Assembly: GCA_031425495.1 (NCBI GenBank)
Contig: JANPJL010000128.1
Location: forward strand, 4,184 to 68,183
DNA: 64,000 nt
Source: Acidobacteriota bacterium
Lineage (GTDB): Bacteria; Acidobacteriota; Blastocatellia; Pyrinomonadales; Pyrinomonadaceae
Reading direction: 5' to 3'
Shown: piece after piece, positions 1-8,484 of the stretch
Layout: each line of letters opens with the position of its first letter
Position numbering within the stretch: position 1 is the first letter of the stretch
Position numbers and translations under genes: made by a program
Notes under the pieces: model-generated
The model's input: only the letters and a program-made list of their open reading frames with translations
What the model was told of the DNA's origin: nothing
Database searches by the model: none

Positions 1-766
1 TCGTTGCCCGGATGATGCGATGGTTGTGATGGCGATCACCTTCGAAGTAGAGGACAGTATCGACGATGTGCTCGAGCGTCTTCGGTCCGGCGATCGAACC
101 TTCCTTCGTCACATGCCCCGTGAGAAAAACCGGTGTGCCGGTCTGCTTTGCGAACATCATGAATTCCGAGGCGACCTCGCGAACCTGCGAAACGCTCCCC
201 GGAGCCGACTCGATCTTTGAGCTAAAGATCGTCTGGATCGAATCTACGATCACAAAATCGGGTCGCAGCTTTTCGGTTTCGGCGACAATGTTCTGCAGAT
301 TGGTCTCCGGCAGGATGAAAAGGTTATCGGCGGCAAGCCCGAGGCGTTCGCCGCGCATTTTTATCTGTCGTTCCGATTCTTCGCCGGAAACGTAGAGCAC
401 CTTGGCACCATTACGGCCGAGATGGTCGGCCATCTGAATTACGATCGTCGACTTTCCAATCCCTGGTGCACCCCCGATCAGAACGAGTGAGCCTGCGACT
501 ATACCGCCTCCGAGAACGCGGTCGAGTTCGTCGATTCCGGACGGAGATCGTGAATCATCCTGCGATTCGATCTCACTAAAGGCGACGGGCGATGTCTTAT
601 TGAACCGTGCGGCAAATCCGCCCGTGCCGCTGGCAGGCGCCGATGGACGAAAACGCTCTTCGACCATAGTGTTCCACTCGCTGCAATCAGGGCACTGGCC
701 GGCCCATTTGCGTGCCTGGCCTCCGCAGTTTTGACAGACAAAGACGGTAGTGGGTTGTTTTGCCAT
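1..766 (-). CDS. radA: DNA repair protein RadA/Sms, N-terminal ~255 aa (3' end runs off the window)
   Basis: Reverse translation from the ATG at 766 reads MAKQPTTVFVCQNCGGQARKWAGQCPDCSEWNTMVE (C4 zinc ribbon), then Walker A LIGGAPGIGKST and LTGHVTKEGSIAGPKTLEH. It is open at the window edge, so it is absent from the ORF track. Confidence 0.9.
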   Translation of the reverse strand, partial: MAKQPTTVFVCQNCGGQARKWAGQCPDCSEWNTMVEERFRPSAPASGTGGFAARFNKTSPVAFSEIESQDDSRSPSGIDELDRVLGGGIVAGSLVLIGGAPGIGKSTIVIQMADHLGRNGAKVLYVSGEESERQIKMRGERLGLAADNLFILPETNLQNIVAETEKLRPDFVIVDSIQTIFSSKIESAPGSVSQVREVASEFMMFAKQTGTPVFLTGHVTKEGSIAGPKTLEHIVDTVLYFEGDRHHNHRIIRAT

Positions 767-930
767 AATTGATGGAGCTGGATTCTAAGATAATACACGC
801 AGGAGTCAGCAAATCTATACAGGCGGCTTCGCATGCTTTTTTAATTGGATCAGGAACTGGGATCATTATTCGGCACGGTGATTGTAGCGAAGCTAGATTA
901 CACTCGATGTGTACGCATGGGAGACGAATA

Positions 931-1119
931 ATGCCAAATAACAAAGATAACCAGGACACCGGTGCAGAAAAGTCGGTGGTCGATGATCGAGATATCCCGG
1001 ATAAGGCAACGAAGGACGAACAAGACACGGCGGGTGGTCGGGAAGGCCAGTTCTCGGATAAGGATAGACGCAGCAAGGACGCGTGGAGTCCGGGCTCGAA
1101 CCAGCCACCGGAGCGATAG
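931..1119 (+). CDS. small hydrophilic protein (62 aa), function unknown
   Basis: ATG at 931 is preceded by GGGAGA. The product is MPNNKDNQDTGAEKSVVDDRDIPDKATKDEQD... A hairpin GCGGAAAA-N14-TTTTCCGC follows at 1148-1177. The longer 769 start in the ORF track looks non-coding. Confidence 0.3.
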   Translation: MPNNKDNQDTGAEKSVVDDRDIPDKATKDEQDTAGGREGQFSDKDRRSKDAWSPGSNQPPER

Positions 1120-1290
1120 ACTCTAGTAAAACTCTACTCAAGAAATCGCGGAAAACGGACTTTGCTCCCTTTTCCGCGTTTCTTGTTTGACCGCGGTAGA
1201 TGAGAAAACCTCGGACGGGCCGGCCGTTTCACTGGGATGAGGCTGGTTTTCGTTATTTGTTGTAAATAATTCGTGGTAAAATTCTGGTCG

Positions 1291-2433
1291 ATGAAGTGGG
1301 ACGTTTTAATTATTAGGATAGCTTTCGTGGCCATACTGGCGGCGGTCGGCTACCTGTTAAATCCTCTCGCGAACACCACGCACCTTGATCTCGCAGCCGC
1401 GTCGAAAGAGCGTCAGTTTATTTCGGCGATCCTGGGGGCTTTTGTGGCGCTGTTCATAATCATGTTCGAGATGCGGGCGAGAATGGCCAGTCTCCGGACC
1501 CTGATCGGTGCGGCGATCGGCTCGATCCTCGGAATTGTCGGTGCTTATCTGATCGGGATGCTGATCAGCGCTCAGGACATCAACACCGTTCCCGGTGAGA
1601 TGCGAACTTTCCTGACGATAGTCCTCGCGTGCTTTATGGGCTATGTGGGCCTGATGGTCGGTGCCGCGAAAGGCGAGTACCTCGACCTCTCAGCCCTTGG
1701 TGGGATCTTTAGCGATAAGAACGTAAAGCGGGATTACAAGATCCTCGATACGTCGGTGATCATCGACGGACGTATTGCGGATGTTGCCGAGACGGGATTC
1801 TTGGGCGGAACTTTGATCATCCCGAATTTCATCCTGAATGAACTGCAGCAGGTTGCCGACTCGGCAGACTCATCCAAGCGCCAGCGCGGCCGTCGCGGCC
1901 TCGACATGCTTCAGCGTCTGCGTAACAACAGCAAGCTCGATATTCAGATCGTGGAGACCGATTTTCCTGCAGTCAAAGAAGTTGATCTAAAACTTATCGA
2001 ACTCGGCAAGCAACTCGATGCGGTTATCGTCACGAACGACTTCAATCTGAACAAGGTCTCCCAGCTGCGCGGCGTTTCGGTCCTCAACATCAACGAGCTT
2101 GCGAATGCTCTGAAACCGGTCGTGCTTCCCGGCGAAGCGATGCGTGTTTTCGTTCTGAAGGAAGGTAAGGAATACAACCAGGGCGTTGCGTATCTGGATG
2201 ACGGCACGATGGTCGTTGTCGACAACGCAAGACGGTTGATCGGCAAGACCGCTGACATTGCCGTTACAAGTGTGCTTCAAACAACTGCGGGAAAGATGAT
2301 CTTCGGTCGGCTCTGGGAAGATAAGGACGAGCATCACGAAACTAATGTCGGGATACACGATTCGCGTTCGCTTGGATTTAAGAAAGCTACGCGCGAGCTC
2401 CGCCAGACAACGATCATCGAAGAGCTGAAATAG
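1291..2433 (+). CDS. PIN and TRAM domain membrane protein (YacL-like)
   Basis: Hydrophobic N-terminal segments, then a PIN-like core (ILDTSVIIDGRI...VIVTNDFNLNKV) and a TRAM-like C-terminus. The order radA / yacL-like / ispD / ispF is conserved. ATG at 1291 is preferred over GTG at 1273. Confidence 0.8.
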   Translation: MKWDVLIIRIAFVAILAAVGYLLNPLANTTHLDLAAASKERQFISAILGAFVALFIIMFEMRARMASLRTLIGAAIGSILGIVGAYLIGMLISAQDINTVPGEMRTFLTIVLACFMGYVGLMVGAAKGEYLDLSALGGIFSDKNVKRDYKILDTSVIIDGRIADVAETGFLGGTLIIPNFILNELQQVADSADSSKRQRGRRGLDMLQRLRNNSKLDIQIVETDFPAVKEVDLKLIELGKQLDAVIVTNDFNLNKVSQLRGVSVLNINELANALKPVVLPGEAMRVFVLKEGKEYNQGVAYLDDGTMVVVDNARRLIGKTADIAVTSVLQTTAGKMIFGRLWEDKDEHHETNVGIHDSRSLGFKKATRELRQTTIIEELK

Positions 2434-2436
2434 ACG

Positions 2437-3108
2437 GTGAAGACAACCGCGATAATCGTCGCTGCCGGCTCCGGCTCACGTCTCGACCCGGAAACCCCCA
2501 AACAATTTCTCATATTGGACGGCAAGCCTGTTCTAGCCCGTACGCTCGAACGGTTTCAATCTGCGCCGTCGATTGATGCGATCGTACTCGTCCTTGCCGC
2601 GAACCGCGTCGCGGATTTCGAACAGAAATTCGATAAGGTGATAAAGATCGTGGCCGGCGGACCCACACGAGCCGCCTCGGTCCTGAATGGTCTGAATGCC
2701 GTCGACAGCGAATCAGTTATCGTCGCCGTGCACGACGGAGCACGGCCATTCGTCTCGGTCGACGAGATAGAACGGACGGTTGCGAGTGCCAAGGTGACGG
2801 GGGCCGCGTGCCTCGTGGGATCGGTGACAGACACGATCAAAACAATTCGGGGCGATGAGGTATCCGGCACGCTCGATCGCGACAAGCTCCGCCGGGCTTT
2901 GACACCTCAGGCTTTTAGGCTCGAGCTCCTTCGCCGTGCATTCGAGCTCGGTGGGACCGGCGAAGCGGTGACCGACGAATGTTATCTCGTCGAAAAACTC
3001 GGCCACCCAATTGCATTTGTGGAGGGCAGTTCGCGGAACGTCAAGATCACGAATCCCGAGGACTTGGCGTTCGCACGGGCGATCGCGCGCGGAGAGGGGG
3101 AGAGATAG
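2437..3108 (+). CDS. ispD: 2-C-methyl-D-erythritol 4-phosphate cytidylyltransferase
   Basis: AIIVAAGSGSRL...PKQFL...VAVHDGARPFV motifs. The last codons (GEGER-stop) are already part of the downstream tandem array. Confidence 0.92.
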   Translation: MKTTAIIVAAGSGSRLDPETPKQFLILDGKPVLARTLERFQSAPSIDAIVLVLAANRVADFEQKFDKVIKIVAGGPTRAASVLNGLNAVDSESVIVAVHDGARPFVSVDEIERTVASAKVTGAACLVGSVTDTIKTIRGDEVSGTLDRDKLRRALTPQAFRLELLRRAFELGGTGEAVTDECYLVEKLGHPIAFVEGSSRNVKITNPEDLAFARAIARGEGER

Positions 3109-3232
3109 GGAGACGGGGAGACTAGGAGACTAGGAGACGGGGAGACGGGGAGACTAGGAGACGGGGAGACTAGGAGACGGGGAGACGGGGAGACTAGGAG
3201 ACGGGGAGATAAGAAGACGAGAGACGGAGATG
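3090..3232. repeat. 8-nt tandem array GGAGACGG / GGAGACTA (~17 units)
   Basis: Read directly. Units alternate between the GG and TA spacer. The array starts inside the ispD 3' end and degenerates at 3215-3232. Confidence 0.95.
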
Positions 3233-3253
3233 TGAAGTAAACATACTATTCAC

Positions 3254-3299
3254 TCACTTTTAACTTTTAGTTTTTAACTTTTAGTTTTTTAGTTTTTCA
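3254..3299. repeat. 7-nt tandem array CTTTTAA / CTTTTAG (~6 units)
   Basis: Read directly. It ends 2 nt before the ispF ATG. Confidence 0.9.
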
Positions 3300-3301
3300 C
3301 T

Positions 3302-3784
3302 ATGCAAAGAATTGGTTTCGGCACAGATATCCACAGACTAGTCAAAGGCCGACCGTTGATCCTCGGCGGCGTGGCAATCGAATCGGACCTCGGTGCCGAA
3401 GGGCATTCCGACGCCGATGCGTTGACTCATGCGATCACCGACGCGATCCTCGGTGCTTTGGCACTCGGCGATATCGGCTCGCATTTCCCAAACACGGACG
3501 AACGTTGGGCCAGCGCCGAGAGCTTTGTTTTTTTACGATTCGCTGTCGGGTTGATGAAACAGCACGGGTACCAGCTCGCCAACCTCGACTCGACCATCGA
3601 GCTCGAAAAACCTAAACTCCGTCCGTACATCGAGAAGATGGCCGAAGAATTATCCATCGTCCTGGAGATCGAACCGTCGCTTATCAGCATCAAAGCAAAA
3701 ACAGGCGAAGGAGTCGACGCCGTTGGAGAGAGCCGAGCAGTGCGTGCGAATGCTGTTGTCCTCTTGCATAAAGCGCAGAGATAA
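3302..3784 (+). CDS. ispF: 2-C-methyl-D-erythritol 2,4-cyclodiphosphate synthase
   Basis: RIGFGTDIHRL...GHSDADALTHAITDAILGA...GDIGSHFP motifs. Confidence 0.93.
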   Translation: MQRIGFGTDIHRLVKGRPLILGGVAIESDLGAEGHSDADALTHAITDAILGALALGDIGSHFPNTDERWASAESFVFLRFAVGLMKQHGYQLANLDSTIELEKPKLRPYIEKMAEELSIVLEIEPSLISIKAKTGEGVDAVGESRAVRANAVVLLHKAQR

Positions 3785-3788
3785 GATG

Positions 3789-4143
3789 CTAAACCGCTGA
3801 TCCTACGAAGATCAAAAGAACACCGCACGGATCCCATATGTGCATTATTGGAGTATCTCCGACCATCTCAGGTGCAGCGATCTTGGCATGGTCGAAGTTG
3901 CCATTTTCAACAATCGGCTTGGCGAAGTCATACCATTCCTTAACACTCGAAACGTCAAACTTCATCATGAAATTTTCAGCCCAGTCTTTGTTGTAGTAGT
4001 TCTGAAGCCGGAACTTAGCGCTTCCTAAAGAACAATCCGTAGAATCGCCCCATCCTTCGACCTGATCAAATCCTAAGGCCGCATAGAACCTTTTACAGTT
4101 TCATAGTTTTGAGAGGGAACGTAAGTTACCAGTTCATTGATGG
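3789..4143 (-). pseudogene. possible decayed small gene (glyoxalase/VOC-like C-terminus?) broken by stop and frameshift
   Basis: The minus strand reads ...INELVTYVPSQNYETVKGSMRP-stop. After a frame change it reads FDQVEGWGDSTDCSLGSAKFRLQNYYNKDWAENFMMKFDVSSVKEWYDFAKPIVENGNFDHAKIAAPEMVGDTPIMHIWDPCGVLLIF. The family assignment is weak. Confidence 0.25.
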
Positions 4144-4186
4144 TCAGCATGGAAGTATTATCGAGTAACTTCTGAATTTAAGATAA

Positions 4187-4295
4187 TTCTTGTTCGTGTT
4201 CTTTTTCGCGTGTTTCGTGCATTTCGTGGTTGGGTTTGAGAAAAGATAACCGCGAAATACACGAAAAAGACACGAAACAACAAACCTACCGCCAT
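4187..4295 (+). repeat. CACGAAA-type hairpin element (copy 1 of a dispersed family)
   Basis: The left arm has TTCGTG-type units, the loop is GGTTGGGTTTGAGAAAAGATAACC, and the right arm is CGCGAAATACACGAAAAAGACACGAAACAACAA. Confidence 0.8.
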
Positions 4296-4305
4296 TCAGT
4301 AGTGC

Positions 4306-4421
4306 TTCACTTTGAAAAACGGCTGATTCTTGTTCCGTCCTTTCCGTGCAATCGGTGGTTTCCGCCTGCAAGATGACCACAGAATACACGGAGCAACACG
4401 GAGAAAACACGGAATAAGAAA
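4306..4421 (-). repeat. CACGGAA-type hairpin element (copy 2, inverted relative to the copy at 51075)
   Basis: The reverse complement of the loop, GGTCATCTTGCAGGCGGAAACC, matches the loop at 51117-51138. The tail CACTTTGAAAAACGGCTGAT is the reverse complement of the ATCAGC..TTT..AAAG.TG tail of other copies. Confidence 0.8.
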
Positions 4422-4510
4422 GGTATTGCACTGCGTAGCCTATGCACTCCACGCGCGTGCATGGACTTTGAGTTTCGCCATGTGCGAAACTTTGGCCAGT
4501 CAGACACGAG

Positions 4511-5830
4511 ATGCGGCCACAAGAGATAATCGAAAAAAAACGAGACGGATCAGAGCTCTCCTCGGAGGAGATTGCGCTGTTTATTAACGGTGTATGCGAC
4601 GGCACATGGGCGGATTACCAGACATCGGCGCTGCTAATGGCGATGTTCATTCGCGGCCTGAGTGAAGCCGAGGGCGAGACGTTGACTCGCGAGATGCTTT
4701 ATTCGGGTGACGTCCTCGACTTCTCCGACATCGATATGCCAAAGGCCGACAAACATTCGACCGGAGGGGTAGGTGATAAGACGTCGCTGCTGATCGCTCC
4801 GATCGTAGCTGCATGCGGCGTCGCCGTTCCGATGGTCTCGGGGCGCGGCCTGGGTCATACGGGCGGGACCCTCGATAAACTCGAATCTATTCCGGGCTAC
4901 AATGTGAATCTTTCGACGGGCGAGTTTCGAAAGATCGTGAAGAGCTGCGGGTTCGCGATGTCAGGCCAGACCGATCAGATCGCACCCGCCGACCGGAAAC
5001 TCTACGCGCTACGAGACGCAACCGCGACCGTTCCATACATACCGTTGATCGTCGCTTCGATCATGTCGAAGAAGCTCGCCGAAGGTTTGGATGCACTGGT
5101 GCTTGACGTAAAGACTGGCTCGGGAGCATTCATGCAAAGTCTCGATGATTCGCGAACGCTGTCGAATGCTCTTGTTCGGACCGGTGATGGGTTCGGTCTA
5201 AAAGCGCAGGCGATCGTTTCGGACATGAACCAGCCACTTGGACAGTTTGTCGGTAACGCGCACGAAATCTACGAGTGCATCCAGATCTTGCGCGGCGAAG
5301 CCGGTGAAAATGCGAGAGGAACTTCCGAGTTATCTGTAGATCTGTCGGCACGAATGCTTTTGCTTTCGGGCATTGCCGATTCGATCGAATCCGCGCGGTC
5401 GCTGGTTGAATCTAAGATCTCGAGCGGCGAGGCGTTGGAAAGGCTGCGGGAAAATATCGAACGCCAAGGCGGTGACCCCGCCGTTTGTGACAGTCCCGCG
5501 ATGCTGATTGCCCCGGGCATTCACAAGGTTGAGCTGAAAGCCCCGCGGCCCGGTTATGTGTCTGCGATCGACACACTCTCGATCGGCAACACCCTGTCTG
5601 AGATCGGGGGCGGACGCGTTAAAGCCAGCGACGATATTGACCACGCGATCGGCTATGAGTGCGTCGCGCTGCTAGGCCACAAGGTCGCAGAAGGAGATAC
5701 GCTCGGTGTTTTGTTTACGCGTGACGGCCTCCGGTCCGGACTCGCAGTCTCTAAGATTACAGGTGCCTATCGGATCGACGACAATGCCGTGACCCCCCCG
5801 CCGCTTATTCATGATGTGATTTCTATTTGA
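4511..5830 (+). CDS. deoA: thymidine / pyrimidine-nucleoside phosphorylase
   Basis: KRDG..LS.EEI..FI; DKHSTGGVGDKTSL; SGRGLGHTGGTLDKLESIPG motifs. Confidence 0.9.
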   Translation: MRPQEIIEKKRDGSELSSEEIALFINGVCDGTWADYQTSALLMAMFIRGLSEAEGETLTREMLYSGDVLDFSDIDMPKADKHSTGGVGDKTSLLIAPIVAACGVAVPMVSGRGLGHTGGTLDKLESIPGYNVNLSTGEFRKIVKSCGFAMSGQTDQIAPADRKLYALRDATATVPYIPLIVASIMSKKLAEGLDALVLDVKTGSGAFMQSLDDSRTLSNALVRTGDGFGLKAQAIVSDMNQPLGQFVGNAHEIYECIQILRGEAGENARGTSELSVDLSARMLLLSGIADSIESARSLVESKISSGEALERLRENIERQGGDPAVCDSPAMLIAPGIHKVELKAPRPGYVSAIDTLSIGNTLSEIGGGRVKASDDIDHAIGYECVALLGHKVAEGDTLGVLFTRDGLRSGLAVSKITGAYRIDDNAVTPPPLIHDVISI

Positions 5831-5910
5831 ACTTTTTCTGCAAGAACAATTTCCTAGATGCGTTCGGTAGATACTAGCCAATCGGCAATCTACCAGTCAG
5901 GAGTTGTTGT

Positions 5911-7071
5911 ATGAAAAAGATCATCGGAAGTTTTCTCGCCCTCGCCGTAGTCATAACGGCAGTATCTCTCAGCTCAGTCGCACAAAAGCGGCTAATAAGA
6001 AATCAGCCCGTCAAGTCAAAGCCTGTTGTTGCCGATAAGCGCGACACGCTTGAGATGGTATTTGTTCTCGACACCACCGGTTCGATGGGAGGTTTGATCG
6101 ACGGAGCAAAGCAGCGTATTTGGGGGATCATCAACGAAGTAATGCAGAAGCCTTCGCAGCCTCGAGTTCGCGTAGGGCTTGTAGCGTACCGCGATAACGG
6201 CGACGAATATGTAACGCGGATCCTGCCGATCACCGAAGATCTCGATAAGACTTATACGACGCTTATGGACTACCAGGCGAGTGGTGGCGGGGACACACCC
6301 GAGAATGTTCGGAAGGCACTTGCCGACGGCGTCCGGAACGTCGGCTGGTCGAGCGCGAAACGAGGTCTTGCGCAGATAGTGTTCCTGGTCGGTGACGCAC
6401 CGCCGCAGAATTATCAGCAGGAACCCGACGTTCTGATAACGACGGCCGAGGCGGTTCGAAAGAATATGATCGTCAATACGATCCAATGCGGAAACATCGA
6501 CGGCACACGAGAGATCTGGGAGACGATCGCACTCCGGGGCGAGGGAAAATATTTCGCAATTGCGCAGGATGGTGGGGTTCAGGCGATCTCGACCCCGTAC
6601 GACATAAAGCTCGCTGATCTGGCAGCGAGGCTTGGTAAGACATATGTGACCTACGGCGACAAGAAACGGCGTGACGAAAACGTTTCGACTCAGTCTAAGG
6701 CCGAGTCCCGGATCGCGGCGGGTGCGCCAATGGCAGCGCAAGCCGAGCGAGCTCTGAACAAGGCTGTAAACACTTTTCAATATGACGGCGATCTGGTGCA
6801 AGCCGTCGAGAATGACTCGGTGAAAATTGAGGACGTTAAGAAGGACGATCTTCCGGAAGCGTTGCAGAAGATGTCGGTCGCGGAACGCAAGAAAGAGATC
6901 GACAAGAAGATCACGGAGCGAAAACTTATCCGTGCGGAGATATTGACGCTCTCGAAGCAACGCGACGAGTTCGTCGCCGCAGAACGGAAGAAGCAGGGCA
7001 AGGCAAACGGCTTTGACACGGCGGTCGCACAGGCTTTGCGCGAACAGTTGTTGAAGAAGGGAATTAGGTGA
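5911..7071 (+). CDS. secreted von Willebrand factor A domain protein with Lys/Glu-rich coiled-coil tail
   Basis: Signal peptide MKKIIGSFLALAVVITAVSLSSVA. MIDAS-like VFVLDTTGSMGG. The C-terminus is charged and helical. Confidence 0.8.
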   Translation: MKKIIGSFLALAVVITAVSLSSVAQKRLIRNQPVKSKPVVADKRDTLEMVFVLDTTGSMGGLIDGAKQRIWGIINEVMQKPSQPRVRVGLVAYRDNGDEYVTRILPITEDLDKTYTTLMDYQASGGGDTPENVRKALADGVRNVGWSSAKRGLAQIVFLVGDAPPQNYQQEPDVLITTAEAVRKNMIVNTIQCGNIDGTREIWETIALRGEGKYFAIAQDGGVQAISTPYDIKLADLAARLGKTYVTYGDKKRRDENVSTQSKAESRIAAGAPMAAQAERALNKAVNTFQYDGDLVQAVENDSVKIEDVKKDDLPEALQKMSVAERKKEIDKKITERKLIRAEILTLSKQRDEFVAAERKKQGKANGFDTAVAQALREQLLKKGIR

Positions 7072-7092
7072 CGCGCAGCGCTACTTCCGTTA

Positions 7093-7250
7093 GCCGCGTT
7101 AGCGGCAGCCCGAGTTTAGCCGTGGGCCACGCCCACGGATGGTTTTCAGTTTGATCCGCGTCGCGTCAGCGACCGCTCGAGTAATTTCGAGCGTCGCTGA
7201 CGCGACGCGGATTATTCGCCCTTTTCCGTGGGCTTTGCCCACGGCTAAAT
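7093..7250. repeat. nested palindromic element
   Basis: Central palindrome at 7154-7212 (perfect 20-bp outer arms ATCCGCGTCGCGTCAGCGAC plus an inner CGCTCG/CGAGCG pair) around a short loop. It is flanked by two small hairpins, CCGTGGGC-N3-GCCCACGG at 7120-7138 and 7226-7244, and by the outer inverted pair TTTAGCCGTGGG / CCCACGGCTAAA. Confidence 0.9.
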
Positions 7251-7337
7251 TCGTACGATCGCTACGCGACCCAAAGCGGCCGTATGATTCCGTTATTCCT
7301 TGCCCATCGCCCGTATTCCCTGTAATCTAGGACGAAA

Positions 7338-8387
7338 ATGAGAATCAAATACCTTCTGTTGTTTTGCTTGGTTTCTTCGCTACTTGCCGGCTGCGGAAAT
7401 CGCACGGAAGCTCGTCGGGAAGGTTGCCAGATCCGAGTCGGTATTGTTTTTGATATCGGTGGCAAGAACGATCGTTCGTTCAACGCCGCCGCCTGGGAAG
7501 GTGTGAAACGAGCCGAACAGGAGTTGCCGATCTGCCTCTACGATGTGGAGCCCGGCAATCCGACCTCGATCGAGCCTGCGATGCGTGCATACGCGGAGAA
7601 AGGTTTTGATCTGATCGTAGGCGTCGGCTTCGCACAGGGTCCGATCCTCAAACGCGTGGCGACTGACTACCCGAATATTAAGTTTGCGATCGTCGACGGC
7701 GTCATCTTCGAGGACGACGGTAAAACACCAAAACAGAACGTCGCGTCGCTTGTCTTTCGCGAGCATGAGGGGTCGTATCTCGTTGGAATGATAGCGGCAG
7801 AGAAATCGAAGACGGGTGTGATCGGATTCCTCGGCGGTATGGATATTCCGCTGATCCACAGATTTCAGAAAGGGTACGAAGAGGGTGCAAAGTCGGTGAA
7901 CCCGAACGTCGTACTTGTCTCCAACTACGTGGGCGTAACCGACCACGCGTGGAACAATCCAGGTAAAGGAAAGGAACTTGCACTTGCGCAGATCGAGCGG
8001 AAGGCGGACGTGATCTTCACCGCCGCAGGAAATTCCGGTCTCGGCGCTTTTGATGCGGTCGAGCAGTATGGCAAGAACGATCAAGGCGAAGCGAATAAAT
8101 TCGTGATCGGAGTCGACTCAAATCAGAATGGCGTGAAGCCAGGCTATGTCTTAACGTCTATGGTGAAGCGAGTAGACGTCGCGGTGTATGACGCCGTCAA
8201 AGAAGTTCTCGGCGGCAATTTCAAAGGCGGCTTCCATGTCTTCGGTCTCGACAAGGACGGCGTCGCATACTCCCTCGACGATAACAACAAACCGCTCATT
8301 TCAGCCGAAACTCTCCAACGCGTGGAAGCGGCGAAGGGGAAGATCGTCGGGGGAGAGATTAAAGTGACAGACGCGATGGCAAACTAG
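7338..8387 (+). CDS. BMP-family (PnrA/Med-like) ABC transporter substrate-binding lipoprotein
   Basis: Lipobox LLAGC. GIVFDIGGKNDRSFNAAAWEGVKRA is typical of basic membrane protein / nucleoside-binding lipoproteins. Confidence 0.85.
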   Translation: MRIKYLLLFCLVSSLLAGCGNRTEARREGCQIRVGIVFDIGGKNDRSFNAAAWEGVKRAEQELPICLYDVEPGNPTSIEPAMRAYAEKGFDLIVGVGFAQGPILKRVATDYPNIKFAIVDGVIFEDDGKTPKQNVASLVFREHEGSYLVGMIAAEKSKTGVIGFLGGMDIPLIHRFQKGYEEGAKSVNPNVVLVSNYVGVTDHAWNNPGKGKELALAQIERKADVIFTAAGNSGLGAFDAVEQYGKNDQGEANKFVIGVDSNQNGVKPGYVLTSMVKRVDVAVYDAVKEVLGGNFKGGFHVFGLDKDGVAYSLDDNNKPLISAETLQRVEAAKGKIVGGEIKVTDAMAN

Positions 8388-8390
8388 GTA

Positions 8391-8477
8391 AAAGTTGATA
8401 GTTGATGGTTGATAGTTGATAGTGAAAGAAGAAGCCCACTCAGACTATCAATTTTCAACTATCAATTATCAACTTTC
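8391..8477. repeat. hairpin made of 7-nt GTTGATA units
   Basis: The left arm (8391-8424, AAAGTTGATAGTTGATGGTTGATAGTTGATAGTG) is near-complementary to the right arm (8441-8477). The loop is AAAGAAGAAGCCCACT. The element starts 4 nt after the TAG of the BMP gene. Confidence 0.9.
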
Positions 8478-8484
8478 TTGTCTC

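Noticed and set aside
4144-4605. 153-aa minus-strand ORF and 85-aa plus-strand ORF across 4144-4605
   Set aside because: They span the two hairpin repeat elements and the deoA start region. Their sequences (FRVFRG, HGATRRKHGIRK) are repeat translations.
6016-6960. 314-aa antisense ORF inside the vWA gene. Similar antisense ORFs lie at 34747-35730 (glmU), 36532-37401 and 37576-38265 (glmS), 39878-40642 (S8 peptidase) and 58840-59517 (metE-like).
   Set aside because: The opposite strand carries unmistakable conserved protein motifs in each case. The antisense products are low-complexity and Arg-rich.
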